A stretch of 64,000 bases of DNA, from positions 1,717 through 65,716 of the forward strand of contig MFRW01000002.1 in assembly GCA_001786575.1 (NCBI GenBank). Direction: 5' to 3'. A program made the position numbers and the translations under genes. How positions within the stretch are numbered: position 1 is the stretch's first letter; each line of letters begins with the position of its first letter. Shown piece by piece: positions 37,245-46,884 of the stretch. The DNA is from Candidatus Moranbacteria bacterium RIFCSPHIGHO2_01_FULL_55_24. GTDB taxonomy: Bacteria > Patescibacteriota > Minisyncoccia > Moranbacterales > UBA1568. Below the pieces are notes generated by a model. That model was not told the origin of the DNA. It saw only the letters and a list, made by a program, of their open reading frames with translations, and made no database searches.

Positions 37245-38951
37245 ATGTCTACTATCCTTGATATACAAAAAAGGAACGAAAGCCCTTCCCGGGAGAAGAT
37301 CGATGTGACAGTCGTTGTCGGCTATCCTCCGATCAAGTCTGACAAAGGCGTGCCGCTTTTGAGCCAGAACCGCCAGTTCCAGTACTTCAACGCGCCGACG
37401 TACATCTATCCGATGGTGCCGGCGTATGCCGCATCGAATCTCCAGGACCAGGGATATCAGGTCTACTGGATGGACGGTATTTCAGAACACAAGGAATACG
37501 ACGAGTGGGTAGATGAACTGCGTGCGACGGGCGCCCAGTACCTCATGGTGGAGTCCAAATCTCCGATCATCAAGACACACTGGAAGCAGATCAATGACCT
37601 GAAGGAGAAACTTCCGAATCTGAAGCTGATCTGGGTGGGCGACCATCTTACATTCATGCCCCTGGAAACTTTGGAAAACAGCAATGTAGACTATGTCCTC
37701 GTGGGCGGTGATTATGACTTCTTGGTAGCCAATCTCTTGAACCATATCCATCGCGGCGAAGAGCTGGAAGGCGGGGTGTACTGGCGCGAAGGGGACGTCT
37801 CTATCAAAGCTGCTCCCAAAGAAGTCATCACTTTAGGAAACGGGAAAAAAGTAGCTACTTCCGGTCCGGATTGGGTGCGCCATAATCTCGATACTTTGCC
37901 TTTCGTTGATCGTGACCTGACCCGTTGGGAGCTCTATGCCTATGAGAATGGGAACTACAAGTATCTCCCGGGCACCTATATGTACAGCGGCCGCGACTGC
38001 TGGTGGAACCGCTGCACCTTCTGCGTGTGGGACCACACGATCAATCCGATCGGTACGTACCGCAGTTTCTCTCCGGAACGTCTCTTCGCCGAAGTGAAGC
38101 ACGTGGTGGATAAGTATGGCATCAAGGAAATCTTTGACGATGCCGGAACGCTCTTCATCGGCCCCAAGCTGAAGAAATTCTGCGAATTATTGATCGAGAG
38201 CGGCTATAACAAGAAAGTGAAGTATGGCTGCAACATGCGCTTCAATGCCCTGAACCAGGAATACTACAACCTGATGGGCAAGGCCGGCTTCCGCTTCATC
38301 CTCTACGGCATGGAGTCCGGCAACCAGAAGACGCTCGATAAGCTGGACAAGGGGACCAAGGAAGAGGATACGATCAATGGCGCCCGTATGGCATCGCAAG
38401 CCGGGCTCGAACCGCATGCGACAATCATGCTCGGGTATCCATGGGAAGATTATGAGGATTCCAAGCGCACGATAGCGGTCGCGAAATACTGCTTCAAGAA
38501 GGGCTACTTTGCTACGATGCAAGCGACGATTGTCGTGCCATACCCAGGGACGCCGCTCTGGAAAGAGTGCAAGGAGAAGGGATTGCTCCTGACCGAGGAT
38601 TACGATGATTACGACATGCGCGGATCAGTCATGAAGATTCCTCTCACCCAGGAACAGCTTATGAGCCTGACCCAGGATCTCTATTCCGCCTTCTTCTCAC
38701 CCCAGTTTATCTTCCGGAAGATCTTGAGCATCCGCAGCTTCGATGATATCAAATTCTTCACGTCTGCCGCCTATCGTCTGTTCGGACACCTACTGGACTT
38801 TGATCCGAACCAGACCAAAGTAAGTTTTACCTCGAAGGCTTTCTGGAAGACAGTCTTCAGCAAGATGTTCGGACACTTCTTCCGCCCGAAGACTTCGGTG
38901 GACGCCGAGAAGGATGCTGTACGTCTTCAGGATAGTGCTGTGAACCGCTAA
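37245..38951 (+). CDS. B12-binding-domain radical SAM enzyme (class B rSAM, methyltransferase-like)
   Basis: An N-terminal cobalamin-binding-like Rossmann domain (VTVVVGYPP...) is followed by a radical SAM core with the cysteine triad in DCWWNRCTFCVWD and a GYPWED-type C-terminal region. Length is 568 aa from the ATG at 37245. Confidence 0.8.
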   Translation: MSTILDIQKRNESPSREKIDVTVVVGYPPIKSDKGVPLLSQNRQFQYFNAPTYIYPMVPAYAASNLQDQGYQVYWMDGISEHKEYDEWVDELRATGAQYLMVESKSPIIKTHWKQINDLKEKLPNLKLIWVGDHLTFMPLETLENSNVDYVLVGGDYDFLVANLLNHIHRGEELEGGVYWREGDVSIKAAPKEVITLGNGKKVATSGPDWVRHNLDTLPFVDRDLTRWELYAYENGNYKYLPGTYMYSGRDCWWNRCTFCVWDHTINPIGTYRSFSPERLFAEVKHVVDKYGIKEIFDDAGTLFIGPKLKKFCELLIESGYNKKVKYGCNMRFNALNQEYYNLMGKAGFRFILYGMESGNQKTLDKLDKGTKEEDTINGARMASQAGLEPHATIMLGYPWEDYEDSKRTIAVAKYCFKKGYFATMQATIVVPYPGTPLWKECKEKGLLLTEDYDDYDMRGSVMKIPLTQEQLMSLTQDLYSAFFSPQFIFRKILSIRSFDDIKFFTSAAYRLFGHLLDFDPNQTKVSFTSKAFWKTVFSKMFGHFFRPKTSVDAEKDAVRLQDSAVNR

Positions 38952-39066
38952 GCTTAGCGAAATCTATAGGGTTCTGGAGGATAAATGAGAATCCCTCAAG
39001 CTTTCCGCTTCTGGGATTCTTTGTCTGATAGGTCCCAGTATTTATGCAAAATAGCCGACTGAATAT

Positions 39067-39591
39067 ATGAGTTTGCTTTTTCATTTATCCCTTCATGTTT
39101 TCCTCGCTTTGCTTGCCGGATTCTTCGTCTGGCTCCTCTGGCGCCGCCCGGTTGTTTCTTTTGCCGCGGCTTTCCTCGGGGGAGTACTGATCGACCTTGA
39201 TCACCTCATCGATTACTTTTTGGCTTTCGGGTTGCATTTCAGGCTGGATTATTTCCTCCAGGGATACCAGTTTCTGAAGAGCGACAAGCTGTATGTCTTA
39301 TTCCATGGCTGGGAATATGTGGTGCTCCTGGCGGTGCTTGCCTTCGCTATGAAGAGTAAATTATGGCTTAAATCAGCCATTTTATCATTATCCCTCGGAA
39401 TGTTTTTTCATTTGCTAATAGATGTTAATATAAATGATGGGATGACCCTCAAAGGGTATTCTGTTTTTTATAGGACAGCGCAGGGTTTCGAGATTCAGGA
39501 AATCATGACCCCAGAACATTATAAGGACCACCAGCTCCGGAAGCAGGGGGCAACTTTCTTGGACGAGCCTGCTCTCTCGGATAAATTATAG
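39067..39591 (+). CDS. Hypothetical polytopic membrane protein (possibly a DUF457/YdjM-like metal-dependent hydrolase)
   Basis: 174 aa with 4-5 TM helices and conserved His/Asp residues (DLDHLIDY, HGWEY, HLLIDVN). Confidence 0.4.
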   Translation: MSLLFHLSLHVFLALLAGFFVWLLWRRPVVSFAAAFLGGVLIDLDHLIDYFLAFGLHFRLDYFLQGYQFLKSDKLYVLFHGWEYVVLLAVLAFAMKSKLWLKSAILSLSLGMFFHLLIDVNINDGMTLKGYSVFYRTAQGFEIQEIMTPEHYKDHQLRKQGATFLDEPALSDKL

Positions 39592-39597
39592 AAAATT

Positions 39598-40623
39598 ATG
39601 AAGAAAGCTCTCATTACAGGAATTACGGGACAGGACGGTTCTTATCTTGCCGAACTTCTACTCGAGAAAGGATATGAGGTGCATGGATTGCGCCGCGCAA
39701 CATCCGTATTCAATACTGAACGGATCGAGCATCTTATAGAGAATCCGGACCTCAATTTCCATCTTCATTATGGAGATATGACTGATTCAAGTAACTTGAA
39801 CCGGCTCTTAGAGCAGATCAAGCCGGATGAGATATACAATCTGGGAGCTCAATCGCATGTCCATCTCTCTTTTCAGGTGCCGGAATATACTGCAGAAGTC
39901 GACGGTATCGGGACACTCCGTCTGCTTGATGCGATCAAAGAAACTGGTATAAAGACAAAATTCTACCAAGCCTCAACCTCTGAACTTTTTGGGAAAGTCC
40001 AGGAGACGCCGCAAAAAGAGACAACTCCTTTCTATCCGCGTTCGCCATATGGCGCTGCCAAGCTGTATGCATACTGGATTGTCGTGAATTATCGAGAGGC
40101 CTATAATCTGTTCGCTTGTAATGGGATTCTTTTCAATCATGAGTCACCGCGGCGCGGAAAGACTTTTGTGACAAGGAAGATCACTTGGGGGATTGCCAAT
40201 ATCAAGAAGGGAAAACAGGAGAAGATCGCTATCGGCAATCTCGACGCCAAGCGTGACTGGGGACATGCCAAGGATTATGTCGAGGCTATGTGGCTCATGC
40301 TCCAGCAGGAAAAGCCGGAAGATTTCGTAATCTCTACGGGTGAGATGCACACGGTCCGGGAATTCTGTGAGCACGCTTTCCGAGAAGCGGGCTATGAGCT
40401 CATTTGGGAAGGGGAAGGGATTGATGAGAAGGGCATCGATAAGGCTACCGGCAAAGTATTGATTGAAGTTGATCCGAAATACTTCCGCCCAGCGGAAGTG
40501 GACCTTTTGATAGGGGACAACTCGAAGGCCAAGAAATTGCTTGGCTGGGAGCCGAAAGTGAAATTCGAAGAGCTGGTAAAGATCATGACGAGTGCCGACC
40601 TGGAGGGGAAGACTGATTATTAG
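39598..40623 (+). CDS. gmd: GDP-mannose 4,6-dehydratase
   Basis: [30 protein letters not shown]...GDMTDSSNL...[10 protein letters not shown] is the classic GMD sequence. Confidence 0.9.
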   Translation: MKKALITGITGQDGSYLAELLLEKGYEVHGLRRATSVFNTERIEHLIENPDLNFHLHYGDMTDSSNLNRLLEQIKPDEIYNLGAQSHVHLSFQVPEYTAEVDGIGTLRLLDAIKETGIKTKFYQASTSELFGKVQETPQKETTPFYPRSPYGAAKLYAYWIVVNYREAYNLFACNGILFNHESPRRGKTFVTRKITWGIANIKKGKQEKIAIGNLDAKRDWGHAKDYVEAMWLMLQQEKPEDFVISTGEMHTVREFCEHAFREAGYELIWEGEGIDEKGIDKATGKVLIEVDPKYFRPAEVDLLIGDNSKAKKLLGWEPKVKFEELVKIMTSADLEGKTDY

Positions 40624-40650
40624 GTCCCTAACTTATTTTTTTAAAAAAGT

Positions 40651-41901
40651 ATGCTGTACGAAGAAATAAAACACTGCCGGATATGCGGTAACAAAAACTT
40701 GGTTTCGGTAGTTGATCTGGGAAGCCAGGCTTTGACCGGCGTTTTCCCGGCAGCAGGAGAAACGGTTGAGGAAGGTCCGCTTGAGATGGTGAAATGCTTC
40801 AGCGAAAGCGGAGAGGATGTCTGCGGCCTCGTACAGCTCAAGCATGATTATGAGATGGAAAAACTGTATGGAGACAACTATGGCTATCGTTCAGCACTCA
40901 ATAGGTCCATGGTGGAGCACCTTCAGGGGATAGTTGCGAAAATTGAGAGGAGAGTCTCTCTTACTTCCGGAGACTTGGTAGTGGATATCGCGAGCAACGA
41001 CGGAACGCTCCTCGCTGCGTACAAGAATCACGAACTTGATTTCTTAGGCGTAGATCCGACCTCGGAAAAGTTCAAGGAATATTACCCGGATTACATCAAG
41101 CATATCCCGAAATTCTTCTCGGCCGAAGCCGTAAGAAGCCAGGCGGGAGAGAAGAAAGCAAAAGTCGTGACCTCTATTGCGATGTTCTACGATCTTCCAG
41201 AACCGCTCCGCATCATGCAGGAAATTGAAAGCATCCTGGCTGACGACGGGATCTGGGTAGTAGAACAGAGCTATATGCCGGCTATGATCGATAATGTCTC
41301 TTACGATACGATTTGCCACGAGCATCTGGAGTACTACGCGCTGAAACAGTTCGTATGGATGGCTGAACGCTCCAACCTGAAGGTCATCGATGTGGAGTTC
41401 AATGATACCAATGGTGCGAGCTTCGCTATCACTTTCGCGAAGAAGGATGCACCTTATGAAGAGGCTGCAGAGAAAGTCAGAGAAATTCTCGGGAAAGAGG
41501 TCGAGCGCGGATTTGATGCTCTCGCAATATACGAGGAATTCCGGAAGAATACCGAGAAGCATAAAGAAGATCTGGTTGAATTCTTCAAGAATGCCGCTCG
41601 AGAAGGAAAGAAAATCTTCGGATACGGGGCATCGACCAAGGGGAACGTGATACTCCAGTATTGCGGGCTTACTCCGGAAGATATGCCGTATATCGCGGAA
41701 GTGAATGAATATAAATTCGGCAGATTCGTTCCAGGCACGATGATTCCGATTATCTCGGAAAAGGAGGCTCGAGAAATGCATCCTGATTACTTCATGGTGC
41801 TCCCGTGGCACTTCAAGAAGGGGATTGTGGAAAGGGAGCAGGAATACCTGAATTCCGGAGGCCACCTCTTGTTCCCTTTGCCGAAAATCGAGGTTGTATG
41901 A
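40651..41901 (+). CDS. NDP-hexose C-methyltransferase (TylCIII/CoeE-like) with an N-terminal Cys4 zinc-binding motif
   Basis: CRICGN...C...C at the N-terminus, then a class I SAM-methyltransferase core (VVDIASNDG) and the C-methyltransferase C-terminal domain. Length is 416 aa. Confidence 0.65.
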   Translation: MLYEEIKHCRICGNKNLVSVVDLGSQALTGVFPAAGETVEEGPLEMVKCFSESGEDVCGLVQLKHDYEMEKLYGDNYGYRSALNRSMVEHLQGIVAKIERRVSLTSGDLVVDIASNDGTLLAAYKNHELDFLGVDPTSEKFKEYYPDYIKHIPKFFSAEAVRSQAGEKKAKVVTSIAMFYDLPEPLRIMQEIESILADDGIWVVEQSYMPAMIDNVSYDTICHEHLEYYALKQFVWMAERSNLKVIDVEFNDTNGASFAITFAKKDAPYEEAAEKVREILGKEVERGFDALAIYEEFRKNTEKHKEDLVEFFKNAAREGKKIFGYGASTKGNVILQYCGLTPEDMPYIAEVNEYKFGRFVPGTMIPIISEKEAREMHPDYFMVLPWHFKKGIVEREQEYLNSGGHLLFPLPKIEVV

Positions 41902-42839
41902 CAAAGACCGCTGTCATCGTGGGAGCGGGAGGGCAAGACGGGAGGATTGCAACCGAGTATCTTTTGGGGAAAGGATATCGGATTCTTGGAATTGACCAGG
42001 GGATGGTAGAGGCGAAAGGTTTGGGATGGGAAAGACCTGTCGATATCAAAGACCATGAAGCGGTAACAGAACTTCTGGAAAAGTTGCGGCCTGATGAAGT
42101 GTATTATTTAGCCGCTTTCCATCATTCTTCCGAAGACGAGTCGATCAGCGACATCGAGCTTTTCCAATCCAGTTATCAAGTGCATGTGCTATCGCTTCTT
42201 TCTTTCTTGGAAGCGATCAAGTCTGTTTCGCCAGAAACCAAACTCTTCTACGCTGCCTCGTCGCTTATCTTCGGAGATGCGGACACGGAAGTTCAGGACG
42301 AAACGATACCGTTCAGCCCCGACAGCATCTATGGGATCACCAAGCTGGATGGGCTCACGCTCTGCCGATACTACCGGAAAAAGTACGATGTGTTCGCTTC
42401 TGTGGGAATACTCTATAACCATGAATCGGAATACCGGAGCGAAAAATTCATATCGATGAAGATCGTCCAGGCAGCTATAGATATCAAGGAAGGGAAGAGA
42501 AGCGAACTCGTCGTGGGAGATTTGGAGGCAGAAGTCGATTGGGGGTATGCACGCGACTATATAGATGCTATGCATCGGATTTTGAGTGCTGACAACGCCG
42601 ATGATTTCGTCATCGCTTCCGGGCAGAAGCATTCAGTTAAGGATCTTGCTGCGGAAGCATTCAGCTCTTTGGGGTTGGATTGGCAGGAATATGTGAAAGA
42701 AGATAAGCAGATTTTGACTCGGAAGAGGAAGGCTCTCGTAGGGGATTTTGGAAAGCTCAAGAGGGTTACAGGATGGGAGCCCGCGACAGGATTCGCCGAG
42801 ATGGTCCGATTGATGATCGATTATAAGAGCCGAAAGTGA
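41898..42839 (+). CDS. GDP-4-keto-6-deoxyhexose reductase (Rmd/GMD-family SDR)
   Basis: TAVIVGAGGQDGRIATEYLL has the GxxGxxG of the GMD/Rmd family, and YGITK is the YxxxK motif. It overlaps the preceding gene by ATGA. Confidence 0.7.
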   Translation: MTKTAVIVGAGGQDGRIATEYLLGKGYRILGIDQGMVEAKGLGWERPVDIKDHEAVTELLEKLRPDEVYYLAAFHHSSEDESISDIELFQSSYQVHVLSLLSFLEAIKSVSPETKLFYAASSLIFGDADTEVQDETIPFSPDSIYGITKLDGLTLCRYYRKKYDVFASVGILYNHESEYRSEKFISMKIVQAAIDIKEGKRSELVVGDLEAEVDWGYARDYIDAMHRILSADNADDFVIASGQKHSVKDLAAEAFSSLGLDWQEYVKEDKQILTRKRKALVGDFGKLKRVTGWEPATGFAEMVRLMIDYKSRK

Positions 42840-43993
42840 AGCATATGAAAATCGTCTTTATTTCCGGGATGCTGCCGTCAGGGCACTATTCCCAATACAT
42901 TACGAACGGTCTTTACCAGCATGCGAATGTTGATCTTTTGGTGTATGCAGATAAGAATCCGAAGAATCTGGAGATAAAAGGCTCTGGAACTGTCAAAACG
43001 GTCTGGTCGAAGTCGCTTCGCTATATCCCGGAAATATTAAGGGAGCTCCGCAAGGACAAGCCAGACGTGGTCCATCTGCAGCATGAACTCAATATGTATG
43101 GCGGCATGCTGACAGCGGCTCTGTTTCCGTTTCTTGTCGCATGTATCCGGCTATCGGGCTATCGAGTGGTGACTACGATCCATGCGGCGGTCTACAAGCA
43201 GCAAGTCGACAATGCTTTTATGAAGCTTTTCCATCAGGACTCTCCTCTTATCCGTCCGTTCATGCTGAAGCTTTTTTTCCATTACGTTTATAAGTCCCTT
43301 TCTCTTTTTTCCCATGAGATTATCGTGCATACGCACCTGACAAAACAGATACTCACGAGCGATTACGGAGTGGATGCGGAGAAAATATCTGTTATCCCCA
43401 TCGCGATTCCACAGAAGGAGATTGATAATTCCCGGAAGGAGAAATATTTCTTCTATTTCGGTTATATGGTGAGAAGGAAGGGATTGGGCTATGCTTTGGA
43501 TGGCTTCCGGCGCTTCATCGAAAAGAATCCAGGAAGCGAATACAAGCTGATGCTTGCCGGGGGGGTCATCAGGGGGCAGGAAAAGGCTTTCGAAGAGATA
43601 AAAGACATGATCAAGGAGAATAATCTCCAGGACAAGGTCATTATCAAGGGATTTATCGAGGAGAGCGAGCAGGATGATCTCTATCGGAAAGCCTATGCCG
43701 TAGTGATTCCGGCAGAAGTCTCGATGGGTTCCAGCGGCCCCTTGTTCCATTCAGTGAGCTATGGGAAGGCGGTCATCTGTTCTAAGATAGGGCATTTCCT
43801 GGAAGACATAGATGATGGGAATACTGGTATACTGACCGATAATGATAAGTGGCATGAAGCATTCTGGGATGCGGCCGATCACCCGGAAAAAATAGCGGCA
43901 ATCGAAAAGAATGTAGAGACAAAAGCGCGCTCGCGCAATCCATATTCGACTACTGGGAAATATATGGCGTTGTATAAAAAATCTGCGTTTTAA
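42836..43993 (+). CDS. Glycosyltransferase family 1 (GT4-type)
   Basis: A GT-B fold pattern with the E...E C-terminal motif region (EVSMGSSGPLFHSVSYGKAV). An alternative ATG start lies at 42845. Confidence 0.7.
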   Translation: MKHMKIVFISGMLPSGHYSQYITNGLYQHANVDLLVYADKNPKNLEIKGSGTVKTVWSKSLRYIPEILRELRKDKPDVVHLQHELNMYGGMLTAALFPFLVACIRLSGYRVVTTIHAAVYKQQVDNAFMKLFHQDSPLIRPFMLKLFFHYVYKSLSLFSHEIIVHTHLTKQILTSDYGVDAEKISVIPIAIPQKEIDNSRKEKYFFYFGYMVRRKGLGYALDGFRRFIEKNPGSEYKLMLAGGVIRGQEKAFEEIKDMIKENNLQDKVIIKGFIEESEQDDLYRKAYAVVIPAEVSMGSSGPLFHSVSYGKAVICSKIGHFLEDIDDGNTGILTDNDKWHEAFWDAADHPEKIAAIEKNVETKARSRNPYSTTGKYMALYKKSAF

Positions 43994-44002
43994 TCTCATA
44001 CT

Positions 44003-45070
44003 ATGGAAAAATACAAAGTATCTGCTGTCATCGTGAACTATGACGGGAAAGAATATGCTGATAAGTGCGTCAATTCTATTTTTGAGGGTGGCTTTGATGA
44101 TTTGGAAGTGATAGTGGTAGACAACGGATCGGTCGATGGGAGTGTTGAGTATTTGAAAGAAAAGTATCGCGCCTATTCAGAACGATTGAAAGTGGTGGCT
44201 TTGGATAAGAATTATGGCCCATCGTATGCCCGTAATGAGGGGGTAAGGGTAGCAGAAGGCAAATATATCGGTTTTTTGGACAATGATACAGAAGTTGAAA
44301 AGAACTGGGCGGAAGCGGCTGTGGCAGAATTTGAAAAGGATGCGAAAGTCGGTATTATTCAGTGCAAGCTTATCTTGTCGAAAGAGCGGGAAAAACTGGA
44401 TTATGTAGGAGAGTACATCGGACAAAACGGATTTCTTGTACAGCGAGCCCAAACAGCCGAGGTAGATTACGGTCAATACGATCAAAAGGTAGAAATTTTA
44501 GCTGCCAAGTCAGCAGGGATGTTTATTCGAAAAGATGCTTTTGAGAAAATTAGTGGATTTGATCCGGATTATTTCATCTATGTCGAAGAGACGGATCTTG
44601 GATGGCGATGCTGGCTGGCTGGCTACAAAGCGATCTTCATACCGGAATCGGTTGTGTATCATGAGTTTGGTACCAGCACGATTATTCTTGGCAAGAACAA
44701 GAATAACTACAATGCTAAATTCCATGGATGCAAGAATTATATCCTGACGCTGTCCAAGAATTTAGAACTGAAAAATATACTCACTATTTTGCCGGTACAT
44801 GTCTTTCTTTGGGCAGGACTGGGCTGGTTTGCGCTCTTTACGAAGTGGGATTACCGTGCATTTTGGTGGATTCATAAGGCAATAGGCTGGAACATTCTCA
44901 ATATCGGCAGAAACCTCCGAAAGAGGAAACATATCCAGTCTACGAGAGTTATCAGTGATGATGATTTGTTCAAAATCGTGATGCGGAAAAAACCTTTTTT
45001 CTACTACATTCAGAAAGTTACTGGGGTGCACAAAGTGGGGAATGCCGAAGGGTTTGTTAAGTCCAAATAG
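44003..45070 (+). CDS. Glycosyltransferase family 2 (rhamnosyltransferase/WbbL-like)
   Basis: SAVIVNYDG...VVDNGSVDGS...FLDNDTEV (DxD), and a C-terminal TM segment. Confidence 0.8.
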   Translation: MEKYKVSAVIVNYDGKEYADKCVNSIFEGGFDDLEVIVVDNGSVDGSVEYLKEKYRAYSERLKVVALDKNYGPSYARNEGVRVAEGKYIGFLDNDTEVEKNWAEAAVAEFEKDAKVGIIQCKLILSKEREKLDYVGEYIGQNGFLVQRAQTAEVDYGQYDQKVEILAAKSAGMFIRKDAFEKISGFDPDYFIYVEETDLGWRCWLAGYKAIFIPESVVYHEFGTSTIILGKNKNNYNAKFHGCKNYILTLSKNLELKNILTILPVHVFLWAGLGWFALFTKWDYRAFWWIHKAIGWNILNIGRNLRKRKHIQSTRVISDDDLFKIVMRKKPFFYYIQKVTGVHKVGNAEGFVKSK

Positions 45071-45078
45071 CTAAGAAT

Positions 45079-46071
45079 ATGAAGGCTGATATTTTCGTCC
45101 CGACTTCTAATAGAATCGATGCGCTCGGGCAGTGTTTGGAGAGCTTAGCTAAGCAGACCGATATGAGTTTCCGGATTATTCTCGTAGGCCTCCGAGAAGA
45201 CGCAGGGGTGAGGGCTCTTATCGCGAAGTATCCGCATCTGGAAATAGAGTATTTCCTGCAAAAAAAGAAGGGCTTGATCGGAGCGGCCAACGAGGCTCTG
45301 GAGAAGGCAGAAAATGAGATATTTATACGTATCGATGACGACACAATCCTAGGCGAACAGTGGTACGAGAATATCATCAAGACTTTCGAGAGCGACGCCA
45401 TGATTGGGGGAGTCACGGGCCCTACGGTTATGAGTGAAGAAGGCTTGAAATCTCGCGACCTCACTGCTTTCTTGCAGAGGTTCAAGAAGAGCCGGGTTTT
45501 TCTTTTAAGATGGCTGTATGCGCTCTATAATGACTATCTATATGAAGGAAAAATCGGAGAAGTGAGTCAGTTTCTCAAAAGCGGAGTCTTCACTCTAGGA
45601 TCAAATTTTCCGAGTGCCTTGGCTTTGGAAAAGGCCGTGGAGGTGAATAATCTCGAGGCATGCAACTGGAGTGCCCGGACTGAAATTTTAAAGCACATCG
45701 GCGGTTTCGATGAAATCTATCTCAAGGGACTGGGCGATTATCATGAGGCTGATGCCGCTCTCAAAATCCAAAAAACCGGAAAGAAACTGGTTTTTAACCC
45801 CCAGGTGAGATTGCGGCATAACGTGGAGGTGGGGAAGGTGGAGGCTGCTCGGCCGGCTCCTTATTGGCGAATCCAGAATTTTATCATCTTCTACTTCCGA
45901 TTTTTCCGGCTGCAGAGTCTCGACCAGTTTTTGAGACTGATGACGAATATCCTGCTCCAAAATGCCTATTATCTATTCCGGTTTCTGACGACGGGTAAGA
46001 GAAGTCAATTAGGTGCAATTCCGGGCACTTTTGTCGGATTCGCTAAAGTGATATGTAAGTACAAGAATTAA
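45079..46071 (+). CDS. GT2-like glycosyltransferase (divergent)
   Basis: The N-terminal Rossmann-like region VPTSNRIDALGQCLESLAKQT and IRIDDDTIL suggest a GT-A fold. Confidence 0.5.
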   Translation: MKADIFVPTSNRIDALGQCLESLAKQTDMSFRIILVGLREDAGVRALIAKYPHLEIEYFLQKKKGLIGAANEALEKAENEIFIRIDDDTILGEQWYENIIKTFESDAMIGGVTGPTVMSEEGLKSRDLTAFLQRFKKSRVFLLRWLYALYNDYLYEGKIGEVSQFLKSGVFTLGSNFPSALALEKAVEVNNLEACNWSARTEILKHIGGFDEIYLKGLGDYHEADAALKIQKTGKKLVFNPQVRLRHNVEVGKVEAARPAPYWRIQNFIIFYFRFFRLQSLDQFLRLMTNILLQNAYYLFRFLTTGKRSQLGAIPGTFVGFAKVICKYKN

Positions 46072-46081
46072 CAAAGAATAT

Positions 46082-46873
46082 ATGAAATCGAAAAAGACCA
46101 CACTTGATCAATTTACGAGCATATACTCTCATCCTTCAGCCATCCTCTTTCGGGCGATCGAGATGAAAACGATCCATCAAAATCTCGAAGGCATCGAATT
46201 CTCGCACCCTTCCCTGGATCTTGGCTGTGGCGATGGAAGGATTGCCGAGCTTATTTTCGATCAACCCTTCACTTATGGAGTCGACAACGGTGAAGCAAAA
46301 GATGTGGGTGATGCGGTGGAAAGCGGGCGTTATGAGAAAATCTTTTTGGAAAGCGCAGAGAAGATGTCTCTACCTGACGATTCAGTCAACTTTGTCTTCA
46401 GTAATTGCGTGATTGAGCATATTCCGGATAATGAAGCAGTATTGAGCGAAACCAGCAGGATCCTGAAGAGGGGCGGCGCGTTCGTTTTTACAGTACCAAG
46501 CCATAACTTTCCTAACTATCTCTATCTGACGAATAAGTTCGCCTCCTGGGGACTAGGCTTCCTTTCCCGTTTTTACAAATACCGGAGAAATAAGATGCTA
46601 AACCAGTTCCACTGCTACAGCGCGGAAGATTGGCAGCAGAAGCTTGCGAAGCATGGGTTCAGGATAGTGAAACATGAATATTACATGACCCAAGAAGCTC
46701 TCATGCTCTGGGACAGGATAGCCTTAGAGCTTTTCTTCAAAAAGATCCTCTGGCCGCATTATGAGAAAAAGGCTCTTAGGAAGTACTTGGAATTGATCCG
46801 CAAGATAGCGGAAAGCGATAAATCACCTGAGGGTAAGGGGGCTGGCCTCTTCGTTTACTGTGTTAAAGATTAA
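46082..46873 (+). CDS. Class I SAM-dependent methyltransferase (Methyltransf_11-like)
   Basis: Motif I LDLGCGDGR and the post-I acidic residue are present, as is ILKRGGAFVFTVP. Confidence 0.75.
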   Translation: MKSKKTTLDQFTSIYSHPSAILFRAIEMKTIHQNLEGIEFSHPSLDLGCGDGRIAELIFDQPFTYGVDNGEAKDVGDAVESGRYEKIFLESAEKMSLPDDSVNFVFSNCVIEHIPDNEAVLSETSRILKRGGAFVFTVPSHNFPNYLYLTNKFASWGLGFLSRFYKYRRNKMLNQFHCYSAEDWQQKLAKHGFRIVKHEYYMTQEALMLWDRIALELFFKKILWPHYEKKALRKYLELIRKIAESDKSPEGKGAGLFVYCVKD

Positions 46874-46884
46874 TATAAATAAAC

